This document shows positions 1 through 13,348 of a stretch of 64,000 nt of DNA, piece after piece. Below the pieces are notes generated by a model. That model saw nothing but the letters and a program-made list of their open reading frames with translations. It made no database searches and had not been told where the DNA came from. How positions within the stretch are numbered: the first letter of the stretch is position 1; each line of letters opens with the position of its first letter. Made by a program: the position numbers and the translations under genes. Origin of the DNA: Eledone cirrhosa (lineage: Eukaryota). The stretch is from assembly GCA_964016885.1 (NCBI GenBank), contig OZ024747.1, forward strand, positions 21,514,001-21,578,000, given 5' to 3'.

Positions 1-45
1 AACTGGTCTCTAAAAAGAAAAACCTATCAGTTATGAGAATTCAGT

Positions 46-265
46 TTAACCCTTTCATTACCATACATCTAATGATTTTCCATTAATTTTGTTGATAATA
101 AAAATATTGGAATGATTTGGTTATATGCTTAACTTTATCATAATATTTAGCATCACATAAAATGATGACAGAAAGTCTTTAGGTAAATAGAAACATTTTA
201 AAGCAAACAGTTTTGTATAATAAAACCAGGGGTGGATTCAGGCAGTTTGGTATCAAGAGGGTTAA
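46..265. mobile_element. piggyBac-like MITE, family 1 (related copies ~8293-8560, 14036-14223, 20458-20718, 23640-23893, 24342-24556)
   Basis: Ends TTAA-CCCTTTCATTACC ... GGTATCAAGAGGG-TTAA: CCC/GGG terminal inverted repeats with TTAA flanks; ~220 bp, non-coding, diverged copies recur in the window. Confidence 0.65.
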
Positions 266-699
266 TTTATTTGGCATCACATACAGATGAAAAAAAAAAG
301 TCTGTATAATGTTTATGTATAGAGTTAGCTGAATTGGGAGTGTCTGTTTACATCTTTATAGAGTGCAGAATAACTATAGAGTTACCTAAAAACAGTAAAC
401 TTATGACATGTGAGAAACAGCAGACAAATCTCTCAAATTATAGCCTCCAGTCATAAAATTTGCAGGAGTTAAATTAAATGGGGTGATTGTTATTTCTTTA
501 ACATTTTTTTTCCACATCCTTGTGGAATTCAGATTAACTCTATAATTTCATACAATCTTATAATCTTGAGAAACTGCTGTCAAATATTCCTCATTGCTCA
601 CCCTGCCTATCTTTAAAAAACAGGAGAAATTAATTTGATTTATGGGCATTTTTGCTGTCATGTTCTTCTGACCATCTCTTTGGCCTGCCCCCCCCCCCT

Positions 700-734
<35 letters not shown>

Positions 735-1052
735 TGGTAATAAAGCAGTTGTTTTGAATTTTCTTTATTTTTGTATTTTTATATTGTGGTGTTTCAATAT
801 TAGGGAAGTTCTTGTTTTGTTAAGTTTATTAGCCTAGCATATCTAGATATCAGTAATGGGTTTATCATAGTATGATATAATAGTGTAATATTTATAGTTC
901 TTATTTGGTATTGTTAAGGTTACAGCACAATGTAAGCTTCCAGAGGGGTAATGTGTTAGTCTTTTCACAGTCTAGTTGGTATGGTTTGGTCTGTCTATAA
1001 ATGTGAGATTTGTAGTATTTAATAAGTAAATGTAATTAAAGGTATGAATACT

Positions 1053-1190
<138 letters not shown>

Positions 1191-1290
1191 GTAATAATAA
1201 TAAAATTGAAGACTAAAATCCAAAGAGGGCTCGATTGAAAGCAGCGATTCTTTGCTTAAACTTTAATCTGTTATATTAATAAATATATAT
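1191..1290. mobile_element. Penelope-like element end fragment, family A (inverted tail segment plus pLTR segment) in a (TA)n tract
   Basis: Matches 56640-56876, 55871-55918 and 57591-57650; contains the 3' half of the family A hammerhead (GAAAGCAGCGATTCTTTGCTTAAACT). Confidence 0.6.
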
Positions 1291-1401
1291 ATATATATAT
1301 ATATTTATTAATATAACAGAGTTGGCACCCTTAACTCACAGTTGGGTGCGGATGCATTCATGTATATATGTGTGTGTCCGCATGTATCTGTGTGTTTTTA
1401 A

Positions 1402-1456
<55 letters not shown>

Positions 1457-1474
1457 ATATATATATATATATAT

Positions 1475-1795
1475 TGGAGGCACATGGCAATCGAAAGGTT
1501 GTGAGTTCAATTCTCAGACCGGGTGATGTGTTGTGTCCTTGAGCAAGACACTTTATTTCACATTGCTCTAGTTTACTCAGCTGTAGAAATGAGATGATAG
1601 GGACTGAGGTCCATATCATTCCACTACAAAGTGGTCGTGGTGGTGCCACGGCAAAACAGCACCCAGCACTCACTGTAAAATGAGGTTGGTGTTAGGAAGG
1701 GCATCCAGCTGTAGAAATCAAGCCAGAATCAGTTCCCGTCTCACCCTTGCAAGCAGGGAAAAAGCGGACGTAAAAATGAAATGAATGAAAAATGA
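1475..1795 (+). mobile_element. tRNA-derived SINE with CORE-like body and RTE-type 3' tail (relatives on minus strand at ~14225-14410, 15720-15945, 40100-40447, 44010-44355, 52160-52450, 62510-62673)
   Basis: B-box GAGTTCAATTC; body GTGTCCTTGAGCAAGACACTTTATTTCAC; tail CTTGCAAGCAGGGAAAAAGCGGACGTAAAAATGA nearly identical to the RTE 3' end at 51072-51103. Confidence 0.8.
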
Positions 1796-2011
1796 AATGA
1801 ATATAAAAATTGGTCGTTTTGGAAGCCTCAACAATGCAGATGGGTAAATCTCCGGGTAACAGAATCCAGTGGTGAAGAGAGAGATGTAAGAGGAAATGTA
1901 GAATGAGATGTATAGGAACGTAGGAAAGAGCATAAAAATAAAAATAATAACATGGGATAGAGTTACTAGTATTGAAGTTTGCTTGAAGCATTGTGGAATA
2001 TATATATATAT

Positions 2012-2168
2012 ATAATGAAGGAAATGTGGTACGGAACCAGATGGACCATAACGCACCAAAGTACTCAATACGTAGGGTAGTAGAGTAGGTAATAGGAATG
2101 AGTAGGACCCCGACGGCTGAGCTCAAGCCGTTTCGACGGCTAATTCTGGACTCTGGAGCCTACTCATT

Positions 2169-2172
<4 letters not shown>
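2012..2172 (-). mobile_element. Penelope-like end fragment, family B, with partial hammerhead and short inverted end (other copies 2838-2945, 63777-63880)
   Basis: Minus strand reads CGAAACGGCT-TGAGCTC-AGCCGTC/GGGG (hammerhead 3' half, GUC site); TAGGAATGAGTAGG is inverted as CCTACTCATTCCTA; TA flanks. Confidence 0.6.
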
Positions 2173-2202
<30 letters not shown>

Positions 2203-2206
<4 letters not shown>

Positions 2207-2350
2207 ATATAGAAATGGTTTCTACAGGACTAGAACTGAAGGAAACAGTTCTAGTCCTGTAGAAGCCATTTGTGTATTAAATATTTGTACTCTGCTATGT
2301 ATTGAGTACTTTACTTACTGTGGTTACCCTCGATTGAACCCGGGATATAC
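2203..2350 (+). mobile_element. Foldback Penelope-like end fragment, family C (other copies 41117-41238, 56433-56608, 61502-61518)
   Basis: Inverted arms TTCTACAGGACTAGAACTG / CAGTTCTAGTCCTGTAGAA, a ~70 nt single-copy tail and (TA)n flanks. Confidence 0.65.
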
Positions 2351-2384
2351 ATATATATATATATATATATATAAATATATGTAA

Positions 2385-2826
2385 ATATGATAATAATGGA
2401 GCTGCGGCGCTGCAAATGGGTTACATATGAAAAAGTTTGTCCTCATCAGTGGCCTTCCAACCGTCGTAGGCATTTCGTCGCATTAAAGGCCATATACCTC
2501 AGGTTGGTGCGAGCAACGGCTAAAAAAAAGTCGTTGGGACACGTAAATAAAGGGGACGCTAGGGTAAACAAACAAAATGGTTTAAGCAGCAGAAAGTGAT
2601 GAAGAAGGAAACAAGTCCCAGATTTCTATGAATATAAATTCGGTGGAATCGTGAACGAGAGAATAAAGACCATTAAACCTGGTTGAAATGTGAGCAAGGA
2701 AGGAATTTCGCACAGGTCTAACGGGAGGAAGAAGGGGTCTGGTCTGCGAATTCGGTAAACATAAGTTCTGTGAAGTCGCAGATGAGAGAGAGAGAGAGAG
2801 AAAAAAATTCATACCGGCTTGGCCAA
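2385..2826 (-). mobile_element. TA-embedded interspersed repeat, family K (diverged copy 47931-48244), probably a Penelope-like 3' UTR
   Basis: Shares CCTCATCAGTG...TACCTCAGGTTGGTGCGAGCAA with 47997-48071; both copies have TA flanks. Confidence 0.45.
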
Positions 2827-3214
2827 TATATATATATAACGAATTGTGGTAAGGAACCAGATGGACCATAACACACCAGAGTACTCAATACTTAGGGTAG
2901 TAGAGTGGGTAATAGGAAAAAGTATGACCCCGACGCTAGAGCATTTGAGGTGTAAGTGTCAAATTGAAAAGGAGTAATTATATGAAGTCAAAGTGATGCT
3001 GTTTGAAGTGGGAGTATTAATAAAGAGCAAAGGTAGGAGTATATGTGTATGCAATCATATCAAAGTTCACACATACCTTAATGTATATACATGGTAATAA
3101 TGGAGTATAGATTTTAAATATAAGATGGAAGTTAGAGATAAGAATGTAAGAATTGTGGTCTTTGAGGGTTCTAATCAGAGGAAAGATGAACGAAAAAGCT
3201 GATAACATAATAGG

Positions 3215-5358
3215 TATGATGATGTTGGTGATGATGATGTTGGTGTTGATGTTGATAGTGATGTTGGTGTTGTGGTTGGTCGTGTGGTTGGTGTTGATGA
3301 TGATGGTGGTGGTATGGTTGGTGGTGTGGTTGGTGTTGATGATGATGTTGGTGTTGTGGTTGGTGGTTGGTCGTGTGGTTGGTGTTGATGATGATGTTGG
3401 TGGTGGTATGGTTGGTGGTGTGGTTGGTGTTGATGATGGTGGTGGTGGTGGTATGGTTGATGGTGTGGTTGGTGTTGATGATGATGGTGGTGGTATGGTT
3501 GGTGGTGTGGTTGGTGTTGATGATGGTGGTGGTGGTGGTATGGTTGGTGGTGTGGTTGGTGTTGATGATGATGGTGGTGGTATGGTTGGTGGTGTGGTTG
3601 GTGTTGATGATGATGTTGGTGTTGTGGTTGGTGTTGTGGTTGGTGGTGTGGTTGGTGGTGTGGTTGGTGTTGATGATGATGTTGGTGGTGTGGTTGGTGG
3701 TGTGGTTGGTGGTGTGGTTGGTGGTGTGGTTGGTGTTGATGATGATGTTGGTGTTGTGGTTGGTGGTATGGTTGGTGGTGTGGTTGGTGTTGATGATGAT
3801 GGTGGTGGTATGGTTGGTGGTGTGGTTGGTGTTGATGATGATGTTGGTGGTATGGTTGGTGGTGTGGTTGGTGTTGATGATGATGTTGGTGGTATGGTTG
3901 GTGGTGTGGTTGGTGTTGATGATGATGTTGGTGGTATGGTTGGTGGTGTGGTTGGTGTTGATGATGATGATGGTGGTGGTATGGTTGGTGGTGTGGTTGG
4001 TGTTGATGATGATGTTGGTGGTATGGTTGGTGGTGTGGTTGGTGTTGATGATGGTGGTGGTGGTATGGTTGGTGGTGTGGTTGGTGTTGATGATGATGGT
4101 GGTGGTGGTATGGTTGGTGGTGTGGTTGGTGTTGATGATGATGTTGGTGGTATGGTTGGTGGTGTGGTTGGTGTTGATGATGGTGGTGGTGGTATGGTTG
4201 GTGGTGTGGTTGGTGGTGTGGTTGGTGTTGATGATGATGTTGGGGGTATGGTTGGTGGTGTGGTTGGTGTTGATGATGATGTTGGTGGTATGGTTGGTGG
4301 TGTGGTTGGTGTTGATGATGATGTTGGTGGTGGTATGGTTGGTGGTGTGGTTGGTGTTGATGATGATGGTGGTGGTGGTATGGTTGGTGGTGTGGTTGGT
4401 GTTGATGATGATGGTGGTGGTATGGTTGGTGGTGTGGTTGGTGGTGTGGTTGGTGTTGATGATGATGTTGGTGGTGGTATGGTTGGTGGTGTGGTTGGTG
4501 TTGATGATGATGTTGGTGGTGGTATGGTTGGTGGTGTGGTTGGTGTTGATGATGATGTTGGTGGTGGTATGGTTGGTGGTGTGGTTGGTGTTGATGATGA
4601 TGATGTTGGTGGTATGGTTGGTGGTGTGGTTGGTGTTGATGATGATGTTGGTAGTGGTATGGTTGGTGGTGTGGTTGGTGTTGATGATGATGTTGGTGGT
4701 GTGGTTGGTGTTGATGATGATGATGGTGGTGGTATGGTTGGTGGTGTGGTTGGTGTTGATGATGGTGGTGGTGGTGGTATGGTTGGTGGTGTGGTTGGTG
4801 TTGATGATGATGGTGGTGGTGGTATGGTTGGTGGTGTGGTTGGTGTTGATGATGATGGTGGTGTTGTGGTTGGTGGTGTGGTTGGTGTTGATGTTGATGT
4901 TGGTGTTGATGATGATGTTGGTGTTGTGGTTGGTGGTGTGGTTGGTGTTGATGATGTTGGTGGTATAGTTGATGTTGGTGATGATGATGTTGTTGTTGTT
5001 GTTGAAGTTGATGATGGTGGCAGTATAGTTGATGTTGGCGATGATGATGGTAGTCGTGTGGTAGAAGTTGATGGTGGTGATGGAGATGATGGTGGCAGTG
5101 TTACTGTTGGTGACGATGATGATGATGGTGGAGATGATGGTGGCAGTGTTGCTGTTGGTGACGGTGATGATGATGATGGAGATCATGGTGGCAGTGTTGC
5201 CGTTGGTGACGGTGATGATGATGATGGAGATGATGGTGGCAGTGTGTTGCTGTTGGTGACGATGATGATGATGATGGAGATGATGGTGGCAGTGTTGCCG
5301 TTGGTGACGATGATGATGATGATGGAGATGATGGTGGCAGTGTTGCTGTTGGTGACAA
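3215..5358. repeat. GGT/GTT/GAT minisatellite, ~33-39 bp variable unit
   Basis: Unit GGTATGGTTGGTGGTGTGGTTGGTGTTGATGATGATGTT repeated tens of times, changing to a GGCAGTGTTGCTGTTGGTGACGATG unit at the right end. Confidence 0.95.
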
Positions 5359-5689
5359 ACTTAACCTTTCATTTTTCCCAAGGTCTATAAAAAAAAATAA
5401 CTTCTAAGTCAAGTATAAGAATCAATAACAATCAGTTCTACCCCACCCAATAAAATGGGTTTTTAATGTGTTGCCTTTACCCAATGTTTCTTACATTCGT
5501 ATATATGTATGTATGTGTGTATGTGTGTGTGTGTGTGTTTGCATATATGTGTGTGTATGTGTGTGTGTGTGTGTATATGTTTATATATGTGTGTGTGTAT
5601 GTGTGTGTGTGTGTGTGTGATTTTATTGTTATTTTTTTACTGTAAATATCTGCAACTCATACTATTTGAAAAATCATAAACAACCCCTT

Positions 5690-5917
5690 CCCTCTCTTTC
5701 TCTTGCTCTCTCTCTCTCTCTCCCTCTCATCTCTCTCTCTCTGCCTCTCATCTCTCTCTGCCTCTCTCTCTCCCTCTCATCTCTCCCTCTCATCTCTCTC
5801 TCTCTGCCTCTCATCTCTCTCTGCCTCTCTCTCTCCCTCTCATCTCTCCCTCTCATCTCTCTCTCTCTCCCTCTCTGCCTCTCATCTCTCTCTGCCTCAT
5901 CTCTCTCTCTCTCTCTC
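5690..5917. repeat. CT-rich microsatellite with ~60 bp higher-order repeat
   Basis: Direct inspection. Confidence 0.9.
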
Positions 5918-6780
5918 CGTACAAACTATATAAACACACATACTCAGATGTTTTACAAAAATTGTCGTCAGTGCAAAAAATTGCAGTACCACACCCTTCT
6001 ACTTTTCTGTATCAATGTTTTCCACAAGGGACTCCCATCTCCACCTACACACACACACACACATGTAAACATACACACACACATGCATACACATGCACAC
6101 ACATACCATCAAAGAACTGAGGAAACTCGGCCTATTGAAGTAGCTACTATGTGGTCATATAACCTGCTAGATATAGTAGTCAAATTCCCTTCAAACCTTC
6201 TTCTTTGGCTGCCATATCTTTCAGTAGTAGAGTCGATTCTTCTTCTATATCTCTTTCTCTCACTCTCAATCTTTCTCTGGAGGAAATCTGCTGGGGAGGG
6301 ATGATCTCCACCAGGCTTGAAATGCTCAAGAAATGCCGTATATGGCACCCCTGTGAATCCAACAGGAGTTACGGGACTATCACATTACATTGCACACATG
6401 TTCACCACATTCAGAATGACAGGAAGGTGAAGACTGGAACACCTTTCATTATAGGTCTGCTCGTATCGTAGAGCATCAGACGCCATGCTGAGTTCAAATC
6501 CCGCCGAGGTTAACTTTGCTTTTCATCCTTACAGGGTTGATAAAATAAAGTACTATTCACGCACTGGGGTCTATTTTTATCGATTTTCCCCTCCCTCAAG
6601 ATTGCTGGCCTTGGGCCTATATGAGAAACCATTATAGGTCTGCTCAATCAGAGTTGACCTTGTACCAAACACCAATATCAACAACCCTTTTACCCAGTTT
6701 TTCCAATGAAGGATCTTTTACATAGATTGTTTAACCTGCCCAAAATAGTAGCCAAATAATTCTCAAAGAACAGCATACCA

Positions 6781-7015
6781 TTAACTCTTAACATCCTACA
6801 CGATATGAAGCCACATCAACAAAACATTCTCGAAAAGTATAAAACAACACAATGACTGCAGCACATTAAAAATTCTAGTCTTTACTTTAATTTACTGCAA
6901 ATTTTTACGACGATCTATCAACTAGTAAAGATTTGAAATAACAGATAAACCTTCAGAATAACAAATCTGTTTTTAGATATTTTATTCTAAATCATTACAG
7001 GATGTTAAGGGTTAA
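6781..7015. mobile_element. TTAA-flanked MITE, family 3 (partial copy from 27118)
   Basis: TTAACTCTTAACATCCT ... AGGATGTTAAGGGTTAA terminal inverted repeats. Confidence 0.55.
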
Positions 7016-7174
7016 ATAAAGTTGTTGAACAATGTAAATGGACCTTTATATACAAAATGATATGATGGTCATGTCTGGATTGTCTTTCATCATAATTCTG
7101 CTTGATCAGTGCTAACCTGTCTAGGATTAAACAACCACAATAACTTTTATCCACCCTAGCCCATGAGGGAGCTT

Positions 7175-7380
7175 GTAACTGGACGCCTAATTAGCTAGAA
7201 AGAGAAACCAAATTGCTTTTAAATCACAGCCTATCATCTTAAAAAAGGAAGGTCACATTGAATAATGTAGTCCTAGATACACAATGTCAGGAAATACGAT
7301 GTGATGGCCATGACTGGAATGCATTTGACCATAGATGTACTTGATCAGGTTTGATCTGAGGCTAAGCAATACCAATAACA
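7175..7380 (+). mobile_element. Old unclassified interspersed repeat ending in (AAC)n (copies ~7020-7140, 8900-9077, 9655-9848, 37130-37235, 44690-44745, 45215-45350)
   Basis: Recurrent CCTGCTAGAAATAGCAGCCAAA...CACACCCTAC...GATCAGGGCTGACCTGGGGCTAAACAACAAC consensus seen across copies. Confidence 0.6.
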
Positions 7381-9111
7381 TTTACTCAGTTTTTATAGTC
7401 TCTTTCACCATTAAGTTTTTTTATTCTAATCAGTGCTTAATCAAAGCAACCCATCTGACATCTTATTCTTTATTCAAATTAGATAATTCATTTTTGAAAT
7501 TATAATTACTGTTATCAATGGAGTGTGTGTGAGTGTGTATAGGGGTAGATATTATCTTCTCATATAATTAATTACCTTATATTCAGATAATCATCAGTTC
7601 ATGAATTCTTAACACAAAAAGCATTATTTTATATAGCAGAGCCCATGGAAATTTCAGGTTTTTCAGATGTTCTCATTTCTATTTTGGTACATAAATGTAT
7701 AGATGTTCTTAACATTGTTTTATTGTGTTAATGATTTCAATTATGGCTTTGATTTGGTTTCCATAGTTAGGGTTGTTTAAAGCACAAGACTCCAGCTTAT
7801 TACATTATTTTAAAGATTTCCATTATGTTTTTGATTTTATTCTATAGTTATATATATGTATGGACACATATCTCCTGATGGAGTCATAGGGGCACCATAT
7901 TAACATACAGTGTGTCTTGAACCTTTTAAACTTGGTTGAGCCCATTCCTCTCCAGGTTTGAACTCAGCCAATTTCTTCCAGAAAAGGAGAGAAAGCGTGA
8001 GAAAAAAATATAGAGCAAGGACTGGTACGTTTTTTTTTAACAAACTTGAAATAAAGAAAGACAAAGTTAACCTCTGCGGGATTTGAACTCAGAGTGCAGA
8101 GAACTGGAACAAATATTGCAAGGCATTCTATCTGATGTTCTAACAACTCTGCCAATTTGCCACCTTCTATTCTGTAGTTATAATTATTTAAAGCATAACA
8201 TTTGAATGCACGTCATAACAAGTGAAATAATATCAAAGATTATAAATATACAACTACATATCAATATCTGTCTGCATCCTACAAATCTTCTAATAACCCT
8301 TTTATTACAGTATTTCTAATGAAATACACTTCCTATGTGTTCCAATTAATTTTGAAAATAACCAAATATTTAAAGAAATTTCATAAAATAACTAAGTTTT
8401 TCATTAGTTTTTCATTAGTTTTTCATTAGTAAACTGATATTTAGAACATTACTTAACAAAATTTCCTGAAATAAAATTATGATTGAAAGTTAAACATTTT
8501 AAAATGAGCAGTTTTATATCATGAATCCGGAACTGTTTCAAACAGTTCGGTATTAAAAGTCAGCCAACTGTTCAGAGCTTGGTCAGTTCTGTTTATGGGC
8601 TACATATACTTTGACAGCAAATGTGCTTCAACTCTGACTCATTTGAAACAGGTAGAGTGGATGACCAATACTTCCTTTCTAGATAAGCCTTTCTCCCCAC
8701 ATTTTTCAGTGCAACAAAAGCTAACAAACCCCAGATTTCTAAGTGAATTACTCACAGCTGTTATACATTAAAACTAGGGAAGGGCACTATCTCTATATAA
8801 TACAAGGAGGAAGTTACCCCACAACCATCACCACCACCACCACCACCATTACCAGTTCAGAAGTGCTGGACCAAGATGCGAGCTGCTATTCAGTAGTTGG
8901 ACATATCAATAAATAGCTGCCTAATCTCCCCCAAATCATTCCCTACTGTTTGAAAGACATGTTAGTTCTAGGTACTCAATACCTGCAAGAAAAATGCAGA
9001 CAAATTAGCTGTGGTTGACATGCATTTTCATCGTAGGCCTGTTTGGTTAAGGCTGACCTGTTGCTAAACAACAACAATTGGGAGTTGTCTATTCTCTACT
9101 ACTGACCATAT

Positions 9112-9616
9112 CATCATCATCATCATCGTTTCATATTCACTTTTCCATACTTGCAAGGATTGGATAAGTCCTCACCAGCACAACCTGCTTCCACTCAATG
9201 TATTTCTTTGTCATCTCCTCTGGGATTTGAGATCAGCTCTCACTCCCCTCTGCCCAGGTCTTCCTTAGTCTTCCTCTACTGCAACTTCCTTCCACTGGCA
9301 TCTGACACTTCTTCATCCAGCAACCATCATCCATATGCATCACATGTCCATACCAGTATAATCTTCTCTTTTGAACATTACATCTAATTCCTCTTATACC
9401 CAGCTTTTCTCTCAGTTCATCCTCGCCCTGTAGTTTCATGCACACCAACATTACACATCCAATGGGGCATGCTCACGTCATTTCTCTTTGGCTCCTGCAT
9501 ATCCTCTGCATTTACTGCTCATGTCTCACTACTGTGCAACATTGCACTACACGTGCAGGAATCATACAATCTAACCTTTGCTCATAGAGAAAATCCTTTT
9601 GTTATCAACAGAGGTT
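9112..9616 (-). mobile_element. Degenerate RTE LINE 3' fragment
   Basis: ORF 9233-9451 LREKLGIRGIRCNVQKRRLYWYGHVMHMDD matches the RTE C-terminus at 50697-50957; (CAT)n tail at the left end. Confidence 0.85.
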
Positions 9617-10069
9617 CCCCTCCCCCCACACCATGAGGGATTTCAGAGCTTCTTAGTGGTTGGTCAACCTGCTACAAATAGCAGCCAAATTATCCTCACA
9701 TAACACCCCACCATTTTAGAAAAGAAGGTGACATTGTATACTGTGGCTCTAGGTGCACTGTATCTGGAAAAGAAGACTGCAATACATTTGATTATTAGCT
9801 GTGCTTGATCAGGGCTAACCTAGGGTTAAACAACCTAAACAACAACATCAAACCCCAACATGCCTTGTTTTACTTCTGTATGCACAAGGAAAATTTATTA
9901 ACTACCCACCCCCCTGATATCATTATCAACCCCCTAGTGTTCCACTCTTTGAATACACCCTATAACTTGACCTCTTACAACAATATATGTTTATCCACCA
10001 GCTCTCTCTCTCTCTCTCTCACATATTGCTATTTCATTAAATGATATTGCATAAGTTGCAACTGCTGCT

Positions 10070-10070
10070 G

Positions 10071-10125
<55 letters not shown>

Positions 10126-10445
10126 ACAAAGTGTTTTTTTATTATTTCTATAAATGACCCTGACCCAGTTTTTGATACCACCACCCCACCAATTCCTATT
10201 TCACCACCACCACCACCACCACCACCACCACCACCACCACCACTACTACTACTACTACTATCACCGTTACCACTATTACCGCCATTACCAGAACCACCAC
10301 CATCTCTCCTTAGCATTACCATCTTCTCTTCTGTCAGCAATTCAATCACTTCTCTGATCTTGTTACTTTATCATCTCCACCCCAGCCACCTCTACTTTCA
10401 TTGCTGTCATCACCATCGCTATGAACTGCGTCATCATCATCATCA

Positions 10446-10520
<75 letters not shown>

Positions 10521-12123
10521 TCATCATCATCATCATCATTTCCTGCAGTCTCAGCATCTGTACAGTTTCCATGTTATCCTTCACCCATCATCACCCCTTA
10601 TCACCATCGTCATCATCACACCCACCATCATCATCACGCGCCCGCCACCACCATCACCACCACCACCACCATCATCATCACCATCATCATCATTATCGTC
10701 ATCACCATCATCATCATGCACCCGCCACCACCATCACCACCACCACCACCACCACTACCACCACCACCACCACCACCACCACCATCACCACTACCACCAC
10801 TACCACCATCACCACCACCATCACCACTACCACCACCACCACCACCACCACCACTACCACCACCACCACCACCACTACCACCACCACCACTACCACCATC
10901 ACCACTACCACCATCACCACCACCACCATCACCACCACTACCACCATCACCACTACCACCATCACCACCACCACCACCATCACCACTACCACCACTACCA
11001 CCATCACCACTACCACCATCACCACTACCACCATCACCACCACCACCACCATCACCACTACCACCACCACTACCACCATCACCACTACCACCATCACCAC
11101 CACCACCACCATCACCACTACCACCACCACTACCACCATCACCACTACCACCATCACCACCACCACCATCACCACTATCACCATTACCACCACCACTACC
11201 ACCACCATCACCACTACCACCACTACCACCATCACCACCACCACCACCACCATCACCACCACCACCACCATCACCACTACCACCACCACCACCACCACCA
11301 CCACCACTACCACCACCACCACTACCACCATCACCACTACCACCATCACCACCACCACCACCACCATCACCACTACCACCACTACCACCATCACCACTAC
11401 CACCACCACCACTACCACCATCACCACTACCACCATCACCACCACCACCATCACCACTACCACCATCACCACCACCACCACCAGCACAACCACCATCACC
11501 ACCACCACCACCATCACCACTACCACCACTACCACCATCACCACTACCACCACCACCACTACCACCATCACCACTACCACCATCACCACCACCACCATCA
11601 CCACTACCACCATCACCACCACCACCATCACCACTACCACCATCACCACCACCACCACCAGCACAACCACCACCATCACCACTACCACCACCACCACCAT
11701 CACCACTGCCACCACCATCACCACCACCATCACCACCACCACCATCATCATCACTATCATCATTACCACCATCGTCATCATCACCATCATCACCATCATC
11801 GTCACCACCATCATCACCATCACCACCACAATCATCATCATCATCACCACCACCACAATCATCCCCACCATCACCACCATCCCCATCATCACCACCGCCA
11901 CCACCACAATCATCCCCACCATCACCACCATCACCACCACCACCACCATCACCACCATCATCTGTAGACAAACTATTGTTCACAGGTACTTAACTATTTC
12001 TCATGGCTTCTCTTACTAGACAGCCGGATGCTGATGATTCAAAAGTCTCCACATCTCTTTGACAATGATCATCTCCCCCCAGCATCCCTCATCCACCACC
12101 AGAGCCATCATCATTAACAACAG

Positions 12124-12154
<31 letters not shown>

Positions 12155-12170
12155 GTCGTCGTCGTAATCA
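10070..12170. repeat. Compound trinucleotide array (CAC/CAT/TAC/CGT)
   Basis: Direct inspection; source of the poly-H/T/P ORFs. Confidence 0.95.
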
Positions 12171-13348
12171 CTATAACCTGCTATTTTTCCTACCTTCTCT
12201 ACCATTTACTATAACTACCATAGCCATCATCATCATCAATATCACTAAAGCCTGCTGTCTCCCCCACACTTACATCAATACACTTAACGTACATACACAC
12301 TTACACACACACACACAAACACACAAACACTCAAATACTCAAACACAAACACATACACATGCACTCATCCACCCCATGCACACACGCATACCCACACACA
12401 CACACACACACACAAACACAACACATGCACCCCCATGAACGCACTTACACACACATACCGCATATACACACACTCACACAGACACACTCACTCATGCATC
12501 CCCATGCATGCACTCACTCACATACACATACCCACATATACACACATATACCCACATACACGCACACATACAAACTTGTTATTGAACTTCAGTCTGTTCC
12601 AATGCTGAGTGTTCAAGTTTTTCAAAGAATGGAACAGCCTACTCATCTAAACTACAATAAAGTAAGGAGCACAGGACTGCGTACGGTTTATAATTTTTAT
12701 CCCATTAGTAAAATAAGTTGGCTTACTTTGAATAAATAATGAATCAATATTACATAATTTATCTACTAAATTTCGTGGCTGTTCATTAAATATATTTTAT
12801 TACTTATTTAAAGATTCACTTCTTTAAACTTTTCAAGTGTTCAAGTGTCTGGTTAGCGATCGCTTGAATAAATATTCATATATTTCTGTCACTAATTTTC
12901 TCTTAATGCAGTTTATATATAATTGTTTCTACTTTTGGCACAAGGCCAGCAATTATCTCAGTGCATTACTGGTACTTTATTTTATCGACCATTGCAAGCA
13001 GGGAAGAGCGGACGTAAAATGATGATGATGATGATGATGATGATGTAAGGATAAAAGGCAAAGTTAACCTCGGCGATCATCTTTTTTTAATGTATCATGG
13101 ATTACATTACTGATTACATAAGACAGTGTAACGCAGTCTTTGTTCAATTTCTGTGTATATTGTCAATTACAATTTTATTTGATCATATCTACATGTATAT
13201 ATACTTGTGTATAATATCAATATACACATTCTAGCAGAAAACCACACGAAGGGTGGTTTTTCTGCTAGTCAAATTAATGTACAATTAAGTGACTGAGTAT
13301 TTCACAGACACGTGTACTCGTAACACTTTCATGACAACATTTCTTATG

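Noticed and set aside
2387-2452. Hammerhead in family K (CTGATGAGG on the minus strand, also 47997-48005)
   Set aside because: Neither copy has a downstream GAAA..NUH before the TA tract
3153-5390. 745-aa G/V/D-rich ORF resembling a structural or biomineral protein
   Set aside because: Overlapping long ORFs in several frames and both strands arise from a stop-free GGT/GAT minisatellite; no unique domain or splice evidence
10360-12019. Poly-His/Thr/Pro extensin- or mucin-like ORFs
   Set aside because: Trinucleotide microsatellite open in nearly all frames
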